A DNA stretch of 64,000 nt, from positions 32,001 through 96,000 of the forward strand of contig CAVONQ010000016.1 in NCBI GenBank assembly GCA_963697335.1. Reading direction: 5' to 3'. The notes beneath the pieces are model-generated. The model was not told the origin of the DNA. It saw only the letters and a program-made list of their open reading frames with translations, and searched no databases. The translations under genes and the position numbers were made by a program. The DNA is from an uncultured cyanobacterium (GTDB lineage: Bacteria; Cyanobacteriota; Cyanobacteriia; PCC-6307; Cyanobiaceae). Positions 1 through 9,141 of this stretch are shown piece after piece; within the stretch, counting starts at the first letter, position 1; each line of letters starts with the position of its first letter.

Positions 1-41
1 AGCGGCACAAGGGAGAATGCGCCCATCCTGCGCCCGCCCCC

Positions 42-578
42 TTGAGCGACCGTTCCGGCTCCGAACCCCGCGTGGCCGTGGTGATGGGCAGCGACTCCGA
101 TCTGCCCACCATGCAGCCCGCGGTGGCGATGCTGGAGCGCTTCGGCGTGGCGGCCGAGGTGCGGGTGCTCTCCGCCCACCGGACTCCCCTGGAGATGGTG
201 TCCTTTGCGCAGCAGGCCGCAGGTCGCGGGCTCAAGGTGATCATCGCCGGCGCCGGAGGGGCGGCCCATCTGCCCGGCATGGTGGCGGCGCTCACCACCC
301 TGCCGGTGATCGGCGTGCCGGTGCAGAGCCGTGCCCTCTCGGGGGTGGATTCGCTGCACTCCATCGTGCAGATGCCGGCCGGCATCCCGGTGGCCACCGT
401 GGCGATCGGCAATGGCACCAACGCCGGCCTGCTGGCCGTGCAGATCCTGGCCACGGCCGATGGCCAGCTGGCTGAGGCCCTGCTGGCCTACCGCGCTGAA
501 CTGCACGACCAGGTGCGGGCCAAGGATGAACGCCTCGGCCAGCTGGGCAGCGAGGCCTACCTGGCCCAGATGGATTGA
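42..578 (+). CDS. purE: N5-carboxyaminoimidazole ribonucleotide mutase
   Basis: [41 protein letters not shown] motifs; TTG start. Confidence 0.97.
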   Translation: MSDRSGSEPRVAVVMGSDSDLPTMQPAVAMLERFGVAAEVRVLSAHRTPLEMVSFAQQAAGRGLKVIIAGAGGAAHLPGMVAALTTLPVIGVPVQSRALSGVDSLHSIVQMPAGIPVATVAIGNGTNAGLLAVQILATADGQLAEALLAYRAELHDQVRAKDERLGQLGSEAYLAQMD

Positions 579-611
579 CGCGTTTCTCCCCCTCACCCCG
601 ATCACCCCGCG

Positions 612-1703
612 ATGCTTGAGCGTCTGGAGCTGCCCCCCTGGTTGAAGGCCGGCCTGGTGCTGCCCCTGCTCGTGCTCAACCTCTGGGTGCTGCGCCAGTT
701 GCTGGTGCCGCTGGCGCCGTTTCCAGCCCTGTTCCTCACGGCCGCCCTGATCGCGTTCCTGCTGGATATTCCCAGTCGCTGGCTACGCCAACGGGGCTTG
801 CCTCGCCCCCTGGCCATGGTGCTGGTGCTTGGGCTGGCGCTGGGATTGCTGGCCCTGGCGCTCCTGTGGCTGGTGCCTCGACTGATCGATCAGCTGGCGG
901 AACTGATCGCTGCGCTGCCGGGCTGGCTGGCCCAGGGGGAAGTGTGGCTCGATGCGCTGGAGGGCTGGGCTCAGGAGCAGGGGATCCCCACGGATTTCGG
1001 CAACCTCAGCAGTGAACTCCTGACCCGCTTCAGCAAGTTGGCCAGTCAACTGAGCCAACGGCTGCTTGGCCTGCTCGGGGCGACCGTTGGTCTCACCGTG
1101 AACACGGTGATCGTGCTGGTGCTGGCGGTGTTTCTGCTGCTCGGCGGCGGGCCGATCAGCGCTGGCCTGGCCCAGTGGCTGCCGGTGGGCGTCCGATCCC
1201 TGGTGGTGGACACGCTCAGCCGCACCTTCCGGGGCTATTTCGCCGGTCAGGTGGTGCTGGCGACGATCCTGAGCGTGCTGCAGATCGTGGTGTTCACCTT
1301 GTTGGCGATCCCCTACGGGGTGCTGTTCGCGGTGGCGATCGGCTTCACCACCCTGGTTCCCTATGCCAGCGCCCTCACGATCGTGCTGGTGAGCGGCCTG
1401 GTGGCGCTGAACGACCCCCGCACCGGCCTGGAGGTGCTGGCGGTGGCCATCGCCGTGGGCCAGGTGGTGGATCAGGTGATCCAGCCGCGCCTGATGGGCA
1501 GCATCGTGGGTCTGCAGCCCGCCTGGCTGCTGATCTGCCTGCCGTTGGGGGCGCGGCTGGGCAGCCTGTTGGGCCTGGGGGAGCTGCTCGGTCTGCTGCT
1601 GGCCGTGCCGGTGGCGAGTTGCACCAAGACGTTTCTCGACGTCAGCCTGGGCGGCAGCTCACGGAGAGCCGTGAACGCCAAGGCATCAGGCCTGGCGAGC
1701 TGA
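612..1703 (+). CDS. AI-2E family (PerM-like) transporter
   Basis: Multi-TM hydrophobic protein with GYFAGQ, LVPY, VIQPRLMG..VGLQP motifs typical of AI-2E family. Confidence 0.85.
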   Translation: MLERLELPPWLKAGLVLPLLVLNLWVLRQLLVPLAPFPALFLTAALIAFLLDIPSRWLRQRGLPRPLAMVLVLGLALGLLALALLWLVPRLIDQLAELIAALPGWLAQGEVWLDALEGWAQEQGIPTDFGNLSSELLTRFSKLASQLSQRLLGLLGATVGLTVNTVIVLVLAVFLLLGGGPISAGLAQWLPVGVRSLVVDTLSRTFRGYFAGQVVLATILSVLQIVVFTLLAIPYGVLFAVAIGFTTLVPYASALTIVLVSGLVALNDPRTGLEVLAVAIAVGQVVDQVIQPRLMGSIVGLQPAWLLICLPLGARLGSLLGLGELLGLLLAVPVASCTKTFLDVSLGGSSRRAVNAKASGLAS

Positions 1704-2035
1704 ACGCCAGGCTCAGCTGTCTCGGCAATCTCGTCGAGACCGCGCCGAGCTTTCCAGCCCAGAACGGCCTCCGCTCGGCCAGGGTCTGCAATCGACACCG
1801 CCACGTCACCAGGGCGGCGGTTGGCGACTGTATGGGAAATGGGGCGGCACTCACCCGTTCCAGACAGCGGATCAGCTCGAAGACGGAACAGCCTCGGCCC
1901 GTACCGAGATTCAGCTGAAGCAGTCGTTCGTCGCCGCTCAGAAGGGCATTGATCGCCAAGGCATGACCCTCAGCGAGGTCCAGAACATGAATGAAATCGC
2001 GAACTCCCGATCCATCGTGGGCAGTCGTGCCACTC
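1690..2035 (-). pseudogene. galE: 3' fragment of UDP-glucose 4-epimerase, frameshifted
   Basis: Minus strand reads DGSGVRDFIHVLDLAEGH..NLGTGRGCSVFELI, then in another frame RRPGDVAVSIADPGRAEAVLGWKARRGLDEI, then CRDS*AW in the first frame again; no N-terminal NAD-binding part; ends approximate. Confidence 0.85.
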
Positions 2036-2040
2036 CCTGC

Positions 2041-2700
2041 TCAGCTGGCGGCGGGAATGATGCCGTTGGCATCGAGGAAGCTGAGCACCTGGGCCACGCA
2101 GCCCTCCAGGTCCCCATGGCCCGTGTCCACCCTCAGCTCAGGGGATTCGGGGGCTTCGTAGGGGCTAGAGATCCCGGTGAACTCCTTGATCACACCGGCG
2201 CGGGCCTTGGCGTAGAGGCCCTTGGTGTCGCGTTCCTCGCAGACGCTGAGGTCTGCGGCGCAGTGAATTTCGATGAAATCACCATCGGGCACCAGGGCCC
2301 GCACCCGCTCGCGGTCGGCCTGGAAGGGAGACACGAAGGCGGTGAGTACCACCACGCCGGCATCGAGAAAGAGCTTGGCCACCTCGCCGATCCGGCGGAT
2401 GTTCTCCACCCGGTCGGCATCCGAGAAGCCGAGGTCGTTGCAGAGGCCATGGCGGATGTTGTCACCGTCGAGCACGTAGCAGGCCAGTCCCTGCTCAAAC
2501 AGGGCTGAGTTCACCGCATTGGCGAGGGTGCTCTTGCCGGAGCCGCTCAGCCCGGTGAACCAGAGGATGGCGCTGCGATGGCCGCGCTGGTGGGCCCTGG
2601 ACTCCCTCGTCACCGTGGAGTGATGCCACACGATGTTGGTCGACTTGCCCTGGTCGGTGAGGGTGCCGTAGGCGGGGTTGGGAGCGGGAGCAGCGGCCAT
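2041..2700 (-). CDS. cysC: adenylyl-sulfate kinase
   Basis: [43 protein letters not shown] at 2700 chosen. Confidence 0.96.
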   Translation of the reverse strand: MAAAPAPNPAYGTLTDQGKSTNIVWHHSTVTRESRAHQRGHRSAILWFTGLSGSGKSTLANAVNSALFEQGLACYVLDGDNIRHGLCNDLGFSDADRVENIRRIGEVAKLFLDAGVVVLTAFVSPFQADRERVRALVPDGDFIEIHCAADLSVCEERDTKGLYAKARAGVIKEFTGISSPYEAPESPELRVDTGHGDLEGCVAQVLSFLDANGIIPAAS

Positions 2701-3099
2701 CGCGATCGAGAGGGGCATAGGGGGTGTTGGTGGCCATTCTTTCAGCTCCGCACCCGGGCCGCAGCGGGCCTGGGCCCACAAGGCGCAGTGACCTGAGGCC
2801 ATGGCGCCACCGAGGGAAGCGGCGATGCTGGGCAAGCTGTCGTCCCTGACCGCAGCCTGCTTTGGAACAGCGGCATGGGCTGATCATCGGGCCCTCTGCC
2901 CTGCGCTGGCGGCTCGGGCACTGACCCGATGGCTTCTCCCTGATCAGGTTCGGCTTGTTGTCATGCCGCTCGGCGTTGTGATGAGTGGTAGGGCAATGGA
3001 TCTGGCCCGCTCTGGTGCGCGCGATCACGTTTGGTTCTGCTGGCTTGATGCGAGCTTCTGGCATGCCTACGTTCAAGTCAGAAGATCCGGCAGTGAACC

Positions 3100-3471
3100 A
3101 TGTCCCCTAACCCCATCACCTGGTTCGAGCTCAATGTTTCCGACATGGAGCGCGCCAAGGCCTTCTACACGGCTGTGTTCCAGGTGAGCTTTGAAGACTT
3201 CTCCACGCCGGGGATGGCCTACTGGTGCTTCCCGATGCAGGACGACCAGGTGGGAGCCGGCGGAGCGTTGATGCAGATGCAGGGTTGCGAGCCCGGCAAG
3301 GGCGGCACCATGGTGTACTTCACCTGCCAGGACTGTGCCGTTGAAGAGGGTCGGGTAGGTCCAGCCGGTGGCACGGTCTTGCGTCCCAAAATGGCGATCG
3401 GAGCCTTCGGCTTCATCTCGGTGGTGATCGACACCGAAGGCAATCCGATCGGGCTGCATTCCCTGGCCTGA
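3100..3471 (+). CDS. VOC (glyoxalase/bleomycin resistance) family protein
   Basis: ITWFELNVSDMERAKAFY and DTEGNPIGLHS motifs. Confidence 0.9.
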   Translation: MSPNPITWFELNVSDMERAKAFYTAVFQVSFEDFSTPGMAYWCFPMQDDQVGAGGALMQMQGCEPGKGGTMVYFTCQDCAVEEGRVGPAGGTVLRPKMAIGAFGFISVVIDTEGNPIGLHSLA

Positions 3472-3489
3472 GCGGCTGCTCCAGAGGGC

Positions 3490-4464
3490 TCAGGTTTCCA
3501 GGCTGATCACCACATTGCCCCGCTTGTGGCCGGTGTCCACGTAACGATGCGCCTCGGGGAGCTGCTCGAAGGGGTAGCAGCGGCCGATCACGGGCCGAAA
3601 GGCCCCTGCTTCAGCCAGCTCCGCCAGATGCTCCAGGTCGCCTGGCTTGACGCTGGCCGGCCCGGCGATCACGCGCTTGTCCGTGGTGAGGTTCTGCCAG
3701 CTGCTCCGAAGCATGGCGGGGAGGCTCGCTACCACCAGCAGCAGGCGCCCACCTGGGCGCAACGAGGCCTGGCAGCGGGAGAAGGAAGCCGTGCCCACGG
3801 CATCGAGGATCACGTCGTAGGTCTGGCCGTTGCGGGCAAAGTCTTCGCGGCTGTAATCGATCACCTGGTGGGCCCCGAGGTGGCGCACCAGCTCCAGATT
3901 GGCGGTGCTGCACACGCCCGTGACCTCGGCACCCAGGTGGCAGGCAAGCTGGACGGCGGCGCTGCCGACCCCCCCGGAGGCGCCATGGATCAACACCCGC
4001 TCGCCTCGTTTCAGGTTGGCCCGGCGCAGGAAATCCAGGGCCGTGGTGCCGCCGAAGGAGAGGGCGGCGGCCTCCTCAAAGCTGAGGCCGCTGGGCTTGC
4101 GCACCACGCCACCGTCTTCCGGCAGGCAGCGATAGGCCGCATGGCATCCCAGGCCAAGATCGCTGAACGCGAACACCGCCTCACCCACCTGGAAGCGGGT
4201 CACGTCCTGACCGATCGCCGCCACCACTCCCGCCAGTTCCGACCCGAGGATCGGTTGGCGTGGACGCCTCAGCCCCGCCACCAGGCGGATGATCAGGCCA
4301 AACCCGGCCGGTACCTCCAGGCTGCGCATGCGCCAGTCCCCGGAGGTGACCGTGGTGGCATGGGTCTTGATCAGTACCTCATGGGCCCGGGGAACAGGCT
4401 GATCGATCTCCTCCAGCCGGAGCACATCGGCAGAGCCGTAGTGGTGATACAGGAAGGCTTTCAT
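3490..4464 (-). CDS. NAD(P)-dependent MDR-family oxidoreductase (alcohol dehydrogenase/quinone reductase-like)
   Basis: GASGGVG nucleotide-binding motif, VIDY, GHKRGNVVI C-terminus; alternative TTG start at 4476. Confidence 0.9.
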   Translation of the reverse strand: MKAFLYHHYGSADVLRLEEIDQPVPRAHEVLIKTHATTVTSGDWRMRSLEVPAGFGLIIRLVAGLRRPRQPILGSELAGVVAAIGQDVTRFQVGEAVFAFSDLGLGCHAAYRCLPEDGGVVRKPSGLSFEEAAALSFGGTTALDFLRRANLKRGERVLIHGASGGVGSAAVQLACHLGAEVTGVCSTANLELVRHLGAHQVIDYSREDFARNGQTYDVILDAVGTASFSRCQASLRPGGRLLLVVASLPAMLRSSWQNLTTDKRVIAGPASVKPGDLEHLAELAEAGAFRPVIGRCYPFEQLPEAHRYVDTGHKRGNVVISLET

Positions 4465-4472
4465 GGCTTGGC

Positions 4473-5168
4473 TCAAGGGGTGGGGTGGCTGGGCACCTGG
4501 GTCGGCACGATCAGCACGCCGCTGCTGACCTCGCCATAGACACGGCAGGGCCCACCCCTGGCGGCCTGGTCGGCGGCGAGGGCGCAGAGGGCGGCATCGA
4601 TCCAGTCGATGCTGGAGAGCTGATCACAGGCCACCCCGCACAACGCCAGCAGGGCCCGCCGCTCGAGCCGCTTCCGCGACGCTGCAGCCGGCTCCAAGCC
4701 GAGGGTTCGATGCAGCTGGCACGTGATTGCATGGGGAAAGGTTTCGAAGCAGCAGCGCTGGCCTGGGCTGGGCAGGCCACTGGCCAGGGGATGGCTGGGC
4801 TCCAGGGCCCGGTAGAGGGCCTCGCCCCGCAGCATCCAGCCGTAGTAGTTGCTGGGGTGCTCCAGGGCCCGCTCGCGGCTGGGGCTGGCGAAGCACTGGA
4901 TGCCCTCGGCCATCAGCTCCCGTTCGGCCGGACGGGCGCGGCCATCGGTGCTCCAGCGGCAGGGGGCATCCACGCCGATCACCCCGGCGCCGAGGCAGCG
5001 GCACCACTGGGCCAGCTCGGTGGCGTCGGTGGTGGAGCGGCGGCCCTGCAGGGCACCGCCCCGCAGAGCCACGGCGTGGAAGCCCTTGCGCTCGCCGCCC
5101 ACGTCGACCCCCACCACGCAGAGGCTGCCGGTTTCTGAGGAGGTCTGCTGTGGATCCGGGGCTGCCAT
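4473..5168 (-). CDS. DUF429 domain protein (predicted RNase H-like fold)
   Basis: VVGVDVG, IGVDAP, FETFPH, WIDAALCAL motifs. Confidence 0.75.
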   Translation of the reverse strand: MAAPDPQQTSSETGSLCVVGVDVGGERKGFHAVALRGGALQGRRSTTDATELAQWCRCLGAGVIGVDAPCRWSTDGRARPAERELMAEGIQCFASPSRERALEHPSNYYGWMLRGEALYRALEPSHPLASGLPSPGQRCCFETFPHAITCQLHRTLGLEPAAASRKRLERRALLALCGVACDQLSSIDWIDAALCALAADQAARGGPCRVYGEVSSGVLIVPTQVPSHPTP

Positions 5169-5300
5169 GGCCCAAGACTGCCAGCGCCATGGCAGTCCGC
5201 TGCCGCAGGCCCGTGTGTGCGGCGACACCGTGGCGCCGCCATCCAGGCAGCAGCCAGGGCGGAGCACCCCGCCCAGGGTGACTGGGCATGAGGCCTGCCC

Positions 5301-5486
5301 ATGGTCAACCTTGCTCCCGCGCCGCTTCCGGTGGTGCTCACCCCGCCGATCGACCTGCCCCCCTGGCCTGCCAGCGGGCCCTGCTGCAGCCTGGAAGCCC
5401 GCGCCTTTGCGCTCGAGTCGTTCACGATCCCCATCCCCGCCGGCGAGCCGTCCCCCAGCTGGCTGGAGTTGCTGGGTCAGCGCTGA
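5301..5486 (+). CDS. small Pro-rich hypothetical protein (61 aa)
   Basis: ATG ORF filling a gap; overlaps racemase 3' end convergently by 65 nt; no recognised motif. Confidence 0.35.
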   Translation: MVNLAPAPLPVVLTPPIDLPPWPASGPCCSLEARAFALESFTIPIPAGEPSPSWLELLGQR

Positions 5487-6561
5487 CGCCCCGGCACTGG
5501 CGGGCCACGAACGGGCTGGTCATGGCGCGCAACAGGGCGCTGTAGCTGGGGCGAAAGCCGATCTCCTCACCCACCCTCAGGGGACGATCGGCCTCCAGCA
5601 CGAGATGGTCGCTGCTGGCCCCCAGGATCGAGATACCGGGGGGAGGGTCCAGCCCGGCCGGATCGGCATCCTGGTGGCCGAGGGCCACCAGGGCGCGCTG
5701 CTGGGGGCCGCGGTCCGGGGGCAGGGGGGGCGGCTGGGTGCTGCCCTCGGGGCTGAAGCTGGTGAGGCCGCGGCGGCCCCAGGCCCGGCTGGGCTTGGTC
5801 TTCACTTCGATCAGCTCGCCCACCAGGCGGAAGGCGTCGGTGTGGAGGCCGGGGATGGGACGGCGCCCCAGGGGTTCCTGGCCCAGCAGCAGAGCCTCCC
5901 CCAGACGCAGATGGTTGATGCGGCCAGGATCACCGCCCCCGGCGAGCCAGGGAAGGTTGGCGGAGTTGCCCCCTGAGATCAGCTCCAGATGGATGTGGAA
6001 GCGGGCCTCCAGGGCCTCGGCCAGGGCCGAGAGCTCCGCCATGTTGGTGGCATCGGCAGCCACCCCGTGCTGGCAGCCCAGGTTGGCGCCGATCCCCACC
6101 AGCCGCAGCCAGGGCAGCCCCAGGGTGAGCGCCGCGATCCCCGGGAGGTCCTGGGGCAGGATCCCCTCGCGCAGATCGCCGAGTTCCACCATCAGCAGCA
6201 CGCCGTGCCGGCGCCCCTGGCGCTCGGCCGCCGCCGCCAGGGCCTCCAGCACCAACGCTTCGCTGTTGCAGCTGATGTTGACCACGGCCACCACCCGCTC
6301 CACCTGGCTGAGCATGGGCGTGCGCACCAGCAGCATCGGGGCCGTGATGCCGCTGCGCACCAGGCGTTCGATCGTGTCGAGGCGCGCGTCGCCGATCGAG
6401 CCCACCCCCGCGGCCAGCCAGGTGCTCACAATCTCAGGCAGTCCGAGCACGGCCTTGCCCACGGCTGTGATCGATATCCCCTGGCGGGCCAGGCGAGTCA
6501 CCAGGGTGGCGGCATTGTGGTGGAGGCGGCCGAGATCGATCTCGAGCCGCGGGACGCTCAC
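5422..6561 (-). CDS. alanine/ornithine racemase family PLP-dependent enzyme (fold type III)
   Basis: LEIDL, AVGK (PLP Lys), MVELGDLREG, NLGC, SGGNSA, LRLGE, GASSDH; 4-nt overlap with upstream gene. Confidence 0.9.
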   Translation of the reverse strand: MSVPRLEIDLGRLHHNAATLVTRLARQGISITAVGKAVLGLPEIVSTWLAAGVGSIGDARLDTIERLVRSGITAPMLLVRTPMLSQVERVVAVVNISCNSEALVLEALAAAAERQGRRHGVLLMVELGDLREGILPQDLPGIAALTLGLPWLRLVGIGANLGCQHGVAADATNMAELSALAEALEARFHIHLELISGGNSANLPWLAGGGDPGRINHLRLGEALLLGQEPLGRRPIPGLHTDAFRLVGELIEVKTKPSRAWGRRGLTSFSPEGSTQPPPLPPDRGPQQRALVALGHQDADPAGLDPPPGISILGASSDHLVLEADRPLRVGEEIGFRPSYSALLRAMTSPFVARQCRGVSADPATPASWGTARRRGWGS

Positions 6562-7694
6562 GCCACCGCCGCCAGGGCTGCTCCCAGTTCGGGGAAGGCC
6601 CGCATCACCATGTGCACCAGCCGTTCGGGTGGGCAGGCCAGGGCATCGGTGACCGGAATGTGCAGATCGGCCTCGTACAGAGCGATGGCGGCGGGGATTT
6701 CGGCAACGTCCATGCCCTCGTGATTGAGGGTCATGCCGATCACGCGGGTGGGGGCGAAGGCCTCGATCAGGTCGATCTCGCTCTGGGGGGTGGGCATGGC
6801 CACCTGGGGGAAATCGCAGCGATGGCGCCGCATCGGTGCGTGCTGCAGGATCACGGCCTGGGGCTGGCTGCCCCGCAGGATGAACGTGGAGGAGAGGTAG
6901 GCGGGATGGCTGAGGGCGCCCTGACCCTCGATCACGATCACCTGGGGATGTTCGGTTTCGTAGGCCTGCACCACGGCCGCCTCCACCTCGCCGGAGCAGA
7001 ACTGGGAGGGGATGGCATCGAGCGGCAGCCCGTAACTGCCGCCCTGAATCATGCCGGTCTGGCCCGTGGACACCAGCACCGCAGGGATGCCGTGATCGTT
7101 GAGAGCCTGCACCAACACGGTGGCGGTGGTGCGCTTGCCGATGGCGCCGTCAGTGCCGAGCACGGCGATGCGCCGGCAGTGGGCCCGGGCGATCGCGCCG
7201 CTGAACAGGCGCAGATCCTTGAGGGCCGGCGGCCGCCGCACGTCCTCGATCGTCGCCTGGTGGCGCTTGGCGGTGGTGGCGAACTCGGCGTCATCGCCGA
7301 GGAACTCGCGCATGCCGCTCACCAGGCTGAGGCCGGCGCGCAGCGCGCCCAGCAGCACGAGTCGGTCGGCCGGGCTGAACAGGCCATCGGCGGGGGCCAT
7401 GCCATAGATCAGGGTCTGCGGGGGCGCCCCGCCGAGGGCACAGGCGTCCGCCAGGTCCGCCACCACGGGCACGCCATTGGCCACCCCATCGAGCAGCAGG
7501 CCTGCATCGCGGCCGGCGAGCAGGCTGTCGATCACCGCCACGATCCGGTAGCGCTCGCTGTGCCGCATCAGGCCGTGGGCCGTCTTGCCGTCGGCGACGC
7601 CGAACTGCCCCTCGCAGTAGATCACCGCTGGGATGGCGGCGGCAGGGGAGGCTGAAGCGAAGACCCTGGGGGCCGATGGGGCGTCCTGCACCAT
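6558..7694 (-). CDS. DUF1611 domain protein (DgcN-like, P-loop)
   Basis: GKTAHGLMRHS, VLGTDGAIGKRTT, STGQTG, IEGQGALSHPAY motifs; start uncertain (7694 ATG or 7727 GTG). Confidence 0.88.
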   Translation of the reverse strand: MVQDAPSAPRVFASASPAAAIPAVIYCEGQFGVADGKTAHGLMRHSERYRIVAVIDSLLAGRDAGLLLDGVANGVPVVADLADACALGGAPPQTLIYGMAPADGLFSPADRLVLLGALRAGLSLVSGMREFLGDDAEFATTAKRHQATIEDVRRPPALKDLRLFSGAIARAHCRRIAVLGTDGAIGKRTTATVLVQALNDHGIPAVLVSTGQTGMIQGGSYGLPLDAIPSQFCSGEVEAAVVQAYETEHPQVIVIEGQGALSHPAYLSSTFILRGSQPQAVILQHAPMRRHRCDFPQVAMPTPQSEIDLIEAFAPTRVIGMTLNHEGMDVAEIPAAIALYEADLHIPVTDALACPPERLVHMVMRAFPELGAALAAVA

Positions 7695-7825
7695 CGGTCG
7701 ACCCAGGGCCCTGAAAGGGGAGACCACGGATGTTGATTCGGTTCTGAAGACTCAGGGAGACGACCGAATGGTCTGCCGATCGCCAGAACCGGGCAGGGAT
7801 ACCAGTGGCCCCGCCAAGCGGGAGT

Positions 7826-7839
7826 GTATCTCTCGATAC
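7826..7839. promoter_or_regulatory. putative NtcA-binding site (GTA-N8-TAC)
   Basis: GTATCTCTCGATAC: exact GTA-N8-TAC, extended palindrome GTATC-N4-GATAC, ~130 nt upstream of the DUF1611 gene. Confidence 0.65.
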
Positions 7840-7890
7840 TAACTGTCCTTTGTGGCCGCTGTGGCCTCGTTCCCCCTGGCTGCCTGCTAG

Positions 7891-8493
7891 TCAGCCTTGC
7901 AGCATCGGCAGCACCAAGGAGCGCATCACCTCCACCAGCTCCCAGAGCACAAAGGCCCACACAAACCACATGGCATCGCCGATGCCGCGCAGCACCTTGG
8001 TGGTGTCCACCTCAAGTGTCCTGGGGGAGTGATAGAGCTTGAAGCTGGGAATCCAGCGGGGCACCTGGCTCAGGTAGGCGCTGTAGTTCTTGCCGAACGT
8101 CGAGAGCAGAAAACGCTCTTCTCCGCTGATCACGAAGTGGTAGTAGCCGATGAAGCCCAGCCCCAGAACAACGGCCAACAGAGGGTTTTCCACGGCCAGT
8201 CCGAAACCCACGGCCCCCAGCAGGCTGAACACGTAGAGAGGGTTGCGGACGATGGAGTAGGGGCCATCCCGCACCACCTGTTCATTCTTGCGGCCGGCCA
8301 CGAACAGCAGACACCAGAGCCTGCCGAAGGCGGCCGTGGCCAGCAGCATCAAGCCCACCACTTCGCCCAGTTCGAGCGCCCAGGCGGGCAGCAGCGGCGG
8401 CGGGGCCGCCACCAGCAGGTACACCACCACCAGGGCGGCCACCACCCTGCTCCAGACCATGCGATGGACGGTGGAAAAGGCCTGGTTCGCCAT
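7891..8493 (-). CDS. isoprenylcysteine carboxyl methyltransferase family membrane protein
   Basis: GPYSIVRNPLY, EERFL..FG..Y..Y...VPRWIP motifs; ATG 8493 chosen. Confidence 0.88.
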   Translation of the reverse strand: MANQAFSTVHRMVWSRVVAALVVVYLLVAAPPPLLPAWALELGEVVGLMLLATAAFGRLWCLLFVAGRKNEQVVRDGPYSIVRNPLYVFSLLGAVGFGLAVENPLLAVVLGLGFIGYYHFVISGEERFLLSTFGKNYSAYLSQVPRWIPSFKLYHSPRTLEVDTTKVLRGIGDAMWFVWAFVLWELVEVMRSLVLPMLQG

Positions 8494-8629
8494 CAGCAGC
8501 CGGGACTGACAAAGCCCTAGACGGTAAGCCTGGCTCCTCAGGCCTGCCCCCAGTCCGGGCCGCCCGTGGGCGTGGAGCATCCAGCCATGGGGCTGAGCGG
8601 TAGTTGTTCTGATCTCTGCCGATCTCCCT

Positions 8630-9124
8630 GTGTCCCTCTCCCCCCGTCCGGCTCTGTTGCTCACCCTCGCCCTGGCACTGGGTGGAGCGGGCTGTGCCAC
8701 CGCTTCCCAGAAGGAGGCCGCCGCTCCCGAGGCTGCCCCTGTGGTGGCCATGGCGGAGAAGCCCGCCAAGCCGCTCCACAGCGGATCGTTCCGCGAGGCG
8801 GAAAAGCCGGTGGAGGGCAGTTTCACCATCCGCCGGGAGGGCCAGCGCACCCTGCTGATGCTCAGCGAGGACTTCAGCACCAGCCGCACGGCGCCCGACC
8901 TCAAGGTCACCTTCGGCCGAGCCGCCAACCCGCTCTCAAACAGCAAGCCCCCGGCCTACCCGCTCCAGGAGGGCACCTACACCGTGATCGCGCCCCTGCG
9001 GGCCGTCTCTGGAGCCCAGACCTATGAGCTCCCGGCCGGCTTCGATCTGGCTGACTACGGCTCGCTGATCATCTGGTGCGAACAGTTCAACGCCACCATG
9101 GCCTGGTCCCCCCTGAACCAGTAA
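8630..9124 (+). CDS. DM13 domain lipoprotein
   Basis: Signal peptide with lipobox-like GAGC; APDLKV, GAQTYELP, IIWCEQFNA motifs. Confidence 0.85.
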   Translation: MSLSPRPALLLTLALALGGAGCATASQKEAAAPEAAPVVAMAEKPAKPLHSGSFREAEKPVEGSFTIRREGQRTLLMLSEDFSTSRTAPDLKVTFGRAANPLSNSKPPAYPLQEGTYTVIAPLRAVSGAQTYELPAGFDLADYGSLIIWCEQFNATMAWSPLNQ

Positions 9125-9141
9125 AGGGCCGCCCGTGGGCC

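Noticed and set aside
2701..3099. ORFs 2801..3187 and 2495..3076 in the cysC-VOC gap
   Set aside because: No recognisable motifs and they overlap real genes. Treated as a divergent intergenic region.
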